Origin: Pyrinomonadaceae bacterium
GTDB lineage: Bacteria > Acidobacteriota > Blastocatellia > Pyrinomonadales > Pyrinomonadaceae
Direction of reading: 5' to 3'
Length of the DNA: 64,000 nt
Assembly (NCBI GenBank): GCA_046313635.1
Contig: JBKBYA010000001.1
Location: 895,481 to 959,480 of the forward strand
Positions 9,649-16,899 of this stretch are shown in pieces. Numbering within the stretch: position 1 is the stretch's first letter; each line of letters starts with the position of its first letter. Below the pieces are notes generated by a model. That model was not told the DNA's origin. It saw only the letters and a list, made by a program, of their open reading frames with translations, and did not search any database. The position numbers and the translations under genes were made by a program.

Positions 9649-9848
9649 GAACCGATGGATCGACAGCCGAATTGAGATGCGAGGCGGCGAGCGAGATCGC
9701 CCGGATGCGCCCGTCAGGACCGGCCAAGGCCAAGCCGTCCAACTGGCGCAGCGAATGGCAGCGCGTCATTGAAGAAAAACGTTCCGCAAATCCGGCGCTG
9801 CAGGACGTCGAGGACATTAAGACGCTGCTTCGCGACCTCTTTGGTTGA
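9645..9848 (+). CDS. Small hypothetical protein (67 aa), translationally coupled
   Basis: ATGA overlap with the upstream stop; helical C-terminus WRSEWQRVIEEKR...DIKTLLRDLFG. Confidence 0.55.
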   Translation: MRTDGSTAELRCEAASEIARMRPSGPAKAKPSNWRSEWQRVIEEKRSANPALQDVEDIKTLLRDLFG

Positions 9849-9925
9849 TCGTTGAATATGCGCCGCCGACGGCGGCATGGGTTTGTATTTGTCTGACGCC
9901 GTAAAAAGGCGTCGTTTTTGTCACT

Positions 9926-10645
9926 ATGCCGATCAATATCAGCAACGCACGAAACCGCGACGCGGTCGTCGCACTTGAGGGCCTGATGCCGCGCCGCGAG
10001 GTCCGATACACCGACGGCAAGGGCCGTCCGGTCGCGACGCGCAAGCTGCTCAAGTCTGACGTCACGCACGATCTCGATCAGCTGATGAAGCGCCGACGTT
10101 CGCTCGATTCCGTCGCAAAGGCCCTGATCAAGGACGATCCTGAGATCGACATCGAGCAGTTTGGGATGTTCCTCGCCGACACGTCGCGGGTCTATGTTTC
10201 CAAACGCGGCATCGTTCACGTCGTCGTCGAATTCGAGGTTCTGAAGAATCCCGACGGCACAGTTCGTGATCGCCGGCCGCGGCACAAGGAGCCGCAGAAT
10301 ATCAATACCGACATTCCGCTCAGGTGGACCGGCAAGTTCATCAAAAAGGACGAGGCCGTGAGGCGGTTTGTTTTTACCAACAAAAAGCAGCTCGTTCACG
10401 TCAACGGATTGACGTACGACTTCCTCTATCAGATGGCCAAAGAGCTCGACAAGCGCGACGCACTGATGCTCGTGCGCGCCGGCGAAAAGGGCGATCGGCC
10501 GATCGTGATGAATCGCGGCGGCAAGTCGTACAACGCCTTTCTCGAGGGCCGCGTCAAGGGCGACTCGTACTGTCTGATCCTGCATCTCTCGAATATGGAG
10601 CTGCGCAAACCGAAGGAGGGGGCCGACGGCGATGGCGACGCTTGA
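9926..10645 (+). CDS. Basic hypothetical protein, probable divergent Ku-like beta-barrel (subunit B)
   Basis: KFIKKDEAVRRFVFTNKKQLVHVNGLTYDFLYQMAKELDKRDALMLV...IVMNRGGKSYNAFLEGRVKGDSYCLILHLSNMEL resembles the C-terminal half of the Ku core; overlaps the ligase start by 14 nt. Confidence 0.6.
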   Translation: MPINISNARNRDAVVALEGLMPRREVRYTDGKGRPVATRKLLKSDVTHDLDQLMKRRRSLDSVAKALIKDDPEIDIEQFGMFLADTSRVYVSKRGIVHVVVEFEVLKNPDGTVRDRRPRHKEPQNINTDIPLRWTGKFIKKDEAVRRFVFTNKKQLVHVNGLTYDFLYQMAKELDKRDALMLVRAGEKGDRPIVMNRGGKSYNAFLEGRVKGDSYCLILHLSNMELRKPKEGADGDGDA

Positions 10646-12098
10646 TCTCTCGATCGACAGCTCGCGGCTGAGCTGCAAAAAGGGCGACTACTGCGTCGGC
10701 AAGGCGGCCGACCTCGGTGACCCTTCGCTGCAGCAGCGCGCGCAGGAATATCGCCGGCGGCTGAGCGCGTCGATGCGGCCGATCTCGCCGCAGGAAGTTT
10801 TTGAGCTGCCGAAGTCGAAAGGCTACTTTGCGACACGCAAATACGACGGTGAATTCGCGCTTGTCTTCTTTGACGGCAAAAAGGTCATATCGGTAAATCC
10901 GGGCGGCACCGTCCGTACGGGTTTGCCGTGTTTTGGCGAGGCCGAGAAACTTCTCAAGCGGGCAAAGGTCAAGTCCTGCATTCTCGCGGCGGAGCTCTAT
11001 CCGTTAAAAACGCCCGAGAACCGCAACCCGGTCAGAGAGGTCATCTCGCTTTTGCGCAATCCGCCCTCGGAGGCCGCGCTCAAAAAGATCGGCCTCGCCT
11101 TTTTTGATATCGTCGCCGCGAATGATGAGACGGTCGACACGGCCGCCGACGTCTTTGCCACGCTCAAGAAATGGTTTGGCAAGGGCAAGCTCGTTCACCC
11201 GGCGGAGCACGAAAAGACCGACAAGCTCGAGCGGATAATGGAGCTCTTTACCGACTGGGTGATCGGCGAGGCGGCCGAGGGCATCGTCATTCGCCACGAC
11301 CGCGTCGGGCGCTTCAAGCTCAAGCTGCGGCACAATCTCGACGTCGCGATCATCGGCTTCTCTGAGGGAACAGAGAATCGCCGCGGCATGCTCCACGATC
11401 TGCTGGTCGCGGTGATGCGAAATGACGGTACGTTTCACGAGCTCGCGCGCGTCGGCGGCGGATTTAGCGAAGAAGATCGCCGGACGATCTTTGAAGAGAT
11501 GCGCCGCCGCGTCGTGCCGTCGGAGTACGTCGCCGTCAACAACGACTACGTCGCGTACGAGATGATCGAGCCCGGGCCGGTGATCGAGATCTCGCTGCTC
11601 GACCTGATACCCGAGAATTCAAAGGGCGACCCGGTCAAGCGGATGGTGCTCGACTTTGACGGCAAGTCATACAAGGCTCTGTCTCGGATGCCGCTCGCGA
11701 GCGTGATCTCGCCGCAGTTCGTGCGGGTACGCGACGACAAGGAGGCGAATGTCGAGGACGTCAACATTCGCCAGATCGGCGCTCTCGTGCCGATCGCCGA
11801 GGCCGACAAACCCGCCCGCGCCGCCGAGACCGAAAAGAGCAAGCTGCTCGAGCGCCGCGTTTATACCAAGACGATGCGCGGCGGCCGGATGGTGCGCAAG
11901 CTTCTGCTGTGGAAGACAAACAAGGAGACGACCGGCGACTTTCCGGGCTACGTCGTTTACCTGACCGATTTCAGCCCAAACCGCCAGACGCCGCTCGAGC
12001 GCGACATCAAGATCTCTAACAGCGAGCGTGCGGCCCGGCGTCTGTTTGACGAGCTGGCCGAAAAGAACTTTTTATCGGGCTGGGAAAAGGTGGCGTGA
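10632..12098 (+). CDS. ATP-dependent DNA ligase (adenylation and OB domains) with C-terminal WGR-like domain
   Basis: Motif I TRKYDGE, III ILAAELY, IIIa AFFDIV, IV EGIVIR, V FKLK, OB start LDVAIIGF, ARVGGGFSEE, motif VI PQFVRVRDDK. Confidence 0.9.
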   Translation: MATLDLSIDSSRLSCKKGDYCVGKAADLGDPSLQQRAQEYRRRLSASMRPISPQEVFELPKSKGYFATRKYDGEFALVFFDGKKVISVNPGGTVRTGLPCFGEAEKLLKRAKVKSCILAAELYPLKTPENRNPVREVISLLRNPPSEAALKKIGLAFFDIVAANDETVDTAADVFATLKKWFGKGKLVHPAEHEKTDKLERIMELFTDWVIGEAAEGIVIRHDRVGRFKLKLRHNLDVAIIGFSEGTENRRGMLHDLLVAVMRNDGTFHELARVGGGFSEEDRRTIFEEMRRRVVPSEYVAVNNDYVAYEMIEPGPVIEISLLDLIPENSKGDPVKRMVLDFDGKSYKALSRMPLASVISPQFVRVRDDKEANVEDVNIRQIGALVPIAEADKPARAAETEKSKLLERRVYTKTMRGGRMVRKLLLWKTNKETTGDFPGYVVYLTDFSPNRQTPLERDIKISNSERAARRLFDELAEKNFLSGWEKVA

Positions 12099-12102
12099 GA
12101 CG

Positions 12103-13461
12103 ATGGCCGTGCCCTTTACAGAATTTGCCGGCGACCGCCGCCTGTTGTGGATCGCCGAAGAGTGGCAGCGTTATTCCGAGCAGCTCGCCGAGTGGGCGAT
12201 GCAGCGGCTCGTCAATCGCCGCGACGTCTGGAGCCAATATACGGTCAAAAATGGCCAGGTCGGCGTCGTGATGCTGCCGATCAAAGAGCGGCGTCACGCC
12301 GGCACCGATATGGTGACGATCAACAAGCTGCGCCGGCACTTTGCGGGTCGCGCCGTTTCGCACCTGATCGGGCTGCACTCGATCAGCGATCACCGGACGT
12401 GCAAGTGGTTTGCGATCGATATCGACCTTCACGACGAGGACGTGCCCAATGCAGACGAGATCGCGCTCGCCAATCGCTCGGCCGCGCTCGCCTGGTCTCG
12501 AAAGCTGCGCGAGCAATACGCGATGGACCCGCTACTCTTTGACAGCAACGGCGTCGGCGGGTATCACATCTGGACGCTGCTCGACGACGAGTATCCGCTG
12601 GCGGATGTGTTCGATTTTGTCGACGAGATGCGTTCGGACTGGGAGCTGTACGGACTGCCGCGAAAGCCCGAGATTTTTCCGCCCAAACGCGAGGTCGACG
12701 ACGACGATCTGCCGTACGGCCTGCGTGTGCCGGGCCGGCATCATTACCGGTCGCACTATTCGCGCGTTTACAATTTTGACCGCCTCGACGACGCTCCGGA
12801 GTGGCTCGAGGGCGGCGACGCGATCGAGGCGATGCTCGCCGCGAGGCCGGCGGCGCTGCCGAAGCTGAATAAGTCAAAGCGCAAGGCCGCGGTCTCAGCC
12901 CGCGTCGCAAAGAAGCCGTGTGCAAAGGCCGGCGCTACGCCCGCGCCGCGAGCAAAGCGGCCGCGCGTCTGTCTCGATCTCGACGGCGTGCTGGCCGGTT
13001 ACGATCGATGGCGAGGTCCCGAGCATATCGGAGCTCCGCTGCCGGGAGCCGTCGAATTTGCGCACTCGCTCGCCGAATTTGCCGACATCGTGATCTTCAC
13101 CTCGCGATGCTCGGCCGACGCCGGGTCTGACCGCGACCCCGGCAAGATGCGCATTCTGATCGTCGATTGGCTCGAGCGGCACGGCATCCCTTACGCGGAC
13201 GTTTACGTCGGCCAGGGCAAGCCGCACGCGGCGGCATTCATCGACGACCGCGCGGTCGCATGCACGCCGCAGCTCGACGACGAGGCGTTTGATAAAGCTC
13301 TGGTGCGCGCGCGAGAGGTCGTCTTTGGCACACACCGCGCGAGCGCCGCGGTCAGCAAGCGTCCGGCGTCGGCCGGCGTGCCAAGGCTCGCACCTTCAGA
13401 CGGCCGCTCTCGCCGGCCCGCAAGCGATCGGGCCTTGACCAAGTCACGGCCGCCCCGCTGA
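12103..13461 (+). CDS. AEP-superfamily primase-polymerase fused to a HAD-family phosphatase
   Basis: AEP motifs CKWFAIDIDLH, DSNGVGGYHIW, EIFPPK, LRVPG. K/A/P-rich linker, then HAD motifs CLDLDGVLA, IFTSR, KP, FIDDRA. ATG lies 4 nt after the ligase stop. Confidence 0.85.
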   Translation: MAVPFTEFAGDRRLLWIAEEWQRYSEQLAEWAMQRLVNRRDVWSQYTVKNGQVGVVMLPIKERRHAGTDMVTINKLRRHFAGRAVSHLIGLHSISDHRTCKWFAIDIDLHDEDVPNADEIALANRSAALAWSRKLREQYAMDPLLFDSNGVGGYHIWTLLDDEYPLADVFDFVDEMRSDWELYGLPRKPEIFPPKREVDDDDLPYGLRVPGRHHYRSHYSRVYNFDRLDDAPEWLEGGDAIEAMLAARPAALPKLNKSKRKAAVSARVAKKPCAKAGATPAPRAKRPRVCLDLDGVLAGYDRWRGPEHIGAPLPGAVEFAHSLAEFADIVIFTSRCSADAGSDRDPGKMRILIVDWLERHGIPYADVYVGQGKPHAAAFIDDRAVACTPQLDDEAFDKALVRAREVVFGTHRASAAVSKRPASAGVPRLAPSDGRSRRPASDRALTKSRPPR

Positions 13462-13520
13462 CGGCCGTGCCAAACCCGACCGGACAAATCGACCAAACCC
13501 GCGACGCCGATCGCAGAAGC

Positions 13521-13550
13521 AAAAGAGGCCGCCTTTGTCAGACAGCCTCC
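13521..13550 (-). terminator. Rho-independent terminator
   Basis: Minus strand GGAGGCTGTCTGACAAAGGCGGCCTC-TTTT downstream of the 13591-13788 gene. Confidence 0.65.
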
Positions 13551-13590
13551 GGTCGGTCGTGAGTCGCTGCCAAACGCGGCGCCGCTCGGT

Positions 13591-13788
13591 CTAGCTCTCG
13601 GCGTCACCGCGGTCGCCCTGACCTTTTTTGGCCTCGGTCTTGGCGTCTTTTCTGACGTCCTGCGACAGTGAGCGGCCGACGTCGTCACTTTCCTTGAACC
13701 GGCCCTGGTCGTCGCGTCTTACAAACCTTTTATCATCCCCTGTGTCGATCAGCTCGCGTTCACTCCCGCCCTTTTTTCGTTCTGTCAT
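13591..13788 (-). CDS. Small highly charged conserved hypothetical protein (general-stress-like)
   Basis: RELIDTGDDKRFVRRDDQGRFKESDDVGRSLSQD...KGQGDRGD; RBS GGGAGG upstream and a terminator downstream. Confidence 0.8.
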   Translation of the reverse strand: MTERKKGGSERELIDTGDDKRFVRRDDQGRFKESDDVGRSLSQDVRKDAKTEAKKGQGDRGDAES

Positions 13789-13881
13789 CGATCATTCCTC
13801 CCGAATTAAATGGCCGACGAGCGGCTAAGAACACGTTAGCCTTCGCGGCCGAGCTCGCTCGGTATTCTGCAATACGGGAGG

Positions 13882-14352
13882 CTATCGGGCAGAGAATTTG
13901 ACCGGCGCGTTCGGGTTTGCGCGGCAGGGCTCGGTCGAGTCCGCGGCGGCCCGGCGGCGCTGCTCGCGGGCGGCGGGCGTGAGCGTCCGCTCGTCGATCT
14001 TTGCCAGGCCGCACTCGATCTCGCCGACGCGGAGGCGAAGATCGTCGAGCTGCAAGCGCAGCAGATCGAGCTGCGTGCGCATCGTGCTGAGCTCGGAATC
14101 GACACGGCTGCCCGAGCCGATCGTCGTGCCGGGGAATCGCGACTGCTGCTCGACCGAGTTGAGCCGCGACTCGAGCATATAAAATCGCTGCTCGATCTGG
14201 TCGATCCGCCGCTGCAGATACGTGTCGTTCTGCGCCGAGACGGCCGTCGTCAATTGGCCGCCGCTAAACTCCGACATTCCGCCAAACAGAAATGCCGCCG
14301 CCGCGACCACGGCCGCGGCGATCGAAAAACAAAGGGACTTTTTGCGGTTCAT
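13882..14352 (-). CDS. Secreted coiled-coil hypothetical protein
   Basis: N-terminal signal-like hydrophobic segment; heptads LQRRIDQIEQRFYMLESRLNSVEQ and MRTQLDLLRLQLDDLRLRVGEIE. Confidence 0.75.
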   Translation of the reverse strand: MNRKKSLCFSIAAAVVAAAAFLFGGMSEFSGGQLTTAVSAQNDTYLQRRIDQIEQRFYMLESRLNSVEQQSRFPGTTIGSGSRVDSELSTMRTQLDLLRLQLDDLRLRVGEIECGLAKIDERTLTPAAREQRRRAAADSTEPCRANPNAPVKFSAR

Positions 14353-14555
14353 ACCGCGTTAGTTGACGGCCGGCGGCACGCAGTTGGCCGAAGGTTAGCA
14401 AAAGCGTCTGCTCCGGGCGGCGGAGCCGCGGCATGCAAGACGAGAGGCGAGGCCGTCGCGTTTTCGGCGCGAAAGAAAGTCTTCGATCGTGTGCCAAAGT
14501 ACGCGGCGGCATACCTCGCCGTGCGAAGTGTTTCGCGGCCGCCCCACGATTCACA

Positions 14556-15305
14556 TCAGATCGGAGAGCTCCCGGCGCTCGTGCCGAAAAGCTCCGTTTC
14601 CATCTCGATCGCTTGCGGAAAGAGCACGTTGTTTTCGAGATGAATGTGCTGGTGCAAATCACGCTCGAGGTCTTGGAGGCCGGCGAAAAGTGCCCTGTAA
14701 CTCGGGCATGCCCATTCGGGCGCGGTGTAATCGACCGAAAGGGCCCGAAGATCGCGAAGCAGTTCGCCGGCCCGGTCGTGCTCGTAGAGCATCATCCGGA
14801 TCGGATTCTGCACCGTGCCAAAGTGCGCCAGCGGAGCGGGGAGCCGGCCCGAAGCAGCGGCGTCGAGCTGCTCGATAAAGGGAAAGAGCACCGCCTCTTC
14901 CTTTCGCATATGGACGAGCAGTTCCTCGGCCAGATCGCCAAAGACGTCGCGGATCTCCGCGAGCTCCGGTCGCGTGTCGCCGTGCCGAGACGCCACCTTC
15001 TCGGCGAGCGGCACGAGACGTGCGATCTCAGAGCGTGTAAAGACGTGGTGCTTGTCGATAATTTGCGCGATCAGTTCGGTCGGCGAGAGGCGTTCCGGCG
15101 AACGGACCTCTGGGCCGGCGGCGACAAGCATCGCGTCGAGGCGGGCCTTGACGACCGCCGGGTCGACGCCGGCATTTTGGCACGCCTCGTCAAACGGCAC
15201 GCGGCCGCCGCAGCAAAAGTCGATCTTGTACTCCTCAAAGATGCGGGTGGACAGCGGCGCCTCGAGCGCGATCTCGCGAATGGTTTTGGTTGATAGATCC
15301 TGCAT
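14556..15305 (-). CDS. ric: Iron-sulfur cluster repair di-iron protein (RIC/ScdA/YtfE)
   Basis: IDFCCGG, IIDKHH, HMRKEEAVLFP, MLYEHD, ACPSYRAL, HIHLENNVLFP; RBS GGAGG. Confidence 0.95.
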   Translation of the reverse strand: MQDLSTKTIREIALEAPLSTRIFEEYKIDFCCGGRVPFDEACQNAGVDPAVVKARLDAMLVAAGPEVRSPERLSPTELIAQIIDKHHVFTRSEIARLVPLAEKVASRHGDTRPELAEIRDVFGDLAEELLVHMRKEEAVLFPFIEQLDAAASGRLPAPLAHFGTVQNPIRMMLYEHDRAGELLRDLRALSVDYTAPEWACPSYRALFAGLQDLERDLHQHIHLENNVLFPQAIEMETELFGTSAGSSPI

Positions 15306-15356
15306 TGGTAATAATGCCTCCTGCGATCGAGGCTAGCCGGAATGGATGGCCGCGGC

Positions 15357-15372
15357 TGTAACCAAAGTCACC
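15357..15372. promoter_or_regulatory. Crp/Fnr-family box upstream of ric
   Basis: TGTAA-CCAAAG-TCACC matches TGTGA-N6-TCACA with two mismatches, 52 nt upstream of ric. Confidence 0.5.
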
Positions 15373-15406
15373 GGACGAGAGATCTTTTTGATAGAGAATT
15401 TGTGAT

Positions 15407-15766
15407 ATGAAACTCAGGATCAGAGGCAATTCGATCAGGCTGCGGCTTTCGCAGGGCGAGGTCGAGCGTTTTGCGGCCGACGGCGTCGTCGAAGACTCGA
15501 CACAGTTCGGCGAGTCGTCGCTGCGCTACGCTCTCGAGGCGTCGGACGCGGCGGGCGAGATATTCGCCGGCTTTACCAACGGAAGGATCTGCGTGACCGT
15601 GCCGCGCAAGACCGCGCTCGAGTGGGCCGCCGGCGACGCCGTCGGGATCGGGTCAAATGACGCGGTGCCGCGCGTGCTTGTCGAAAAGGATTTTGTATGT
15701 CTCTCGCCGCGGCAGGGAGAGGACGAGAGCGATATGTTCCCAAATCCCGCCGGCAAGAGCTGCTGA
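15407..15766 (+). CDS. Conserved hypothetical protein (DUF7009-like)
   Basis: MKLRIRGNSIRLRLSQGEV...W...VG...VLVEKDFVCL.PR.GEDESDMFPNP. Confidence 0.85.
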   Translation: MKLRIRGNSIRLRLSQGEVERFAADGVVEDSTQFGESSLRYALEASDAAGEIFAGFTNGRICVTVPRKTALEWAAGDAVGIGSNDAVPRVLVEKDFVCLSPRQGEDESDMFPNPAGKSC

Positions 15767-15993
15767 CGCGACGAAGCATCACTTACCTGCCCAAACAGGA
15801 GGCCGACGAGTCTTGCCCGAAAGCTCCGTCGGAGGCTTAAGCGGAGAATCGTGCGACGATCGGCGCCCGAAGGCCGCGGCGGCATTTGGTTCTTGGTCGT
15901 CGGTCTCGAGCGCCAGGCGCCTGACCATCGCCCGCCGCTCGCCGTCGGGGCATTCAAACAGCAGCCCGATCGGTCGCCATTCGGCTGATCGCT

Positions 15994-16518
15994 TCAAGAG
16001 TTCGGTGTGCATATCGCCTTATTCTCATTTTCGCGACCGGTCGGGCCCGGCCACGCCGGCCGCTCGAGCGAGGCAATAACGGCGCGGCGTTCGTCCTCGC
16101 TCATTGCGATGGCGTCAAGGGCAGGGAATAGATGCTCGCGTTCGCGGTTGTCGTGATGGCTCGCTAGCCGCTTGTAAAAGGCCTCGCGGTCGAGCAGCCG
16201 GATGATGAGCGGCTCGCGCTCGGTTTCGCTCTTAAGCCGCTCGAGGTTTTCTAAAAACAGCGTGACGTGAGCTCGCATCTTGTCATGCTCATCGAGCATC
16301 AGCTTGACGCCGCCGGCCGGCCGGATCTCGGCATGCGTAGCGTACATCGGGAGGAGCACGTCCTCTTCGTCTCTCATATGCGCGAGCAGAAGCGTCTCGT
16401 ACCGACGCAGCAGAGAGGCCGCGAGTTCCAGATCAAAGTGCAGCAACGCGTACTGATGCTCGGCAAAGAGCCTCTCAAGCTCGGTGTGAACGTCGAGTAT
16501 TTGCGAAAAGGTTGTCAT
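15994..16518 (-). CDS. Hemerythrin-like domain protein
   Basis: H..L, HMRDEEDVLLP, EHDKM, HDNREREHLFP metal-ligand pattern. Confidence 0.85.
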   Translation of the reverse strand: MTTFSQILDVHTELERLFAEHQYALLHFDLELAASLLRRYETLLLAHMRDEEDVLLPMYATHAEIRPAGGVKLMLDEHDKMRAHVTLFLENLERLKSETEREPLIIRLLDREAFYKRLASHHDNREREHLFPALDAIAMSEDERRAVIASLERPAWPGPTGRENENKAICTPNS

Positions 16519-16668
16519 CCCTTTGCCGGCGATCGGGTCCACCGGCCGTGAACTCGATCGGCATTGGCTTGCTCCAGAGTTATTGCCGGCGGCTTGGACG
16601 TCCCCGCGCGAGGCGCCGGCGAGATACGGTCGATCGTGCCGATTCTATTTAAAGCCCTGCGTCGCAAG

Positions 16669-16686
16669 TTATGATCCAGATCATAA
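16669..16686. promoter_or_regulatory. Palindromic Fnr/Crp-like operator
   Basis: TTATGATC-CA-GATCATAA with perfect 8-bp arms (TGAT-N4-ATCA core), between the divergent hemerythrin and nitrate reductase-like genes. Confidence 0.65.
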
Positions 16687-16862
16687 AAGCGTGATCTGTC
16701 GCGACAAGCGATCGATCAAGGGCCAAGAGCGGCCGCCGCGAGGCGAAATAATCCGCGGTCTGCGCGAACAAGCTCGCAAGAGCTGACGATGCCGCGATGC
16801 GACGCGCCGCTTTTCGGACGGTAAACACGAGGTCCCGTCGTGCCCGGCCGTGCCGAGCTCAG

Positions 16863-16878
16863 CGGCCCGGCACTTGCA
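16863..16878 (+). promoter_or_regulatory. Putative sigma-54 promoter of the oxidoreductase operon
   Basis: CGGCCCGGCACTTGCA = GG-N10-GC, 21 nt before ATG 16900. Confidence 0.5.
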
Positions 16879-16899
16879 AATGCGCCGATACTTCGACGT

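Noticed and set aside
9871..9887. Internal sigma-54 promoter before Ku-like B (GGCATGGGTTTGTA)
   Set aside because: Spacing is one base short and the -12 GC is missing.
9037..13461. Prophage/plasmid replication module or RNA-repair (Rnl/Pnkp) system
   Set aside because: No integrase, helicase, structural genes or att repeats, and composition matches the host. The ligase has an OB domain and motif VI typical of DNA ligases.
15779..16012. 77-aa ORF downstream of hemerythrin
   Set aside because: No motif or other support; it may be spurious.
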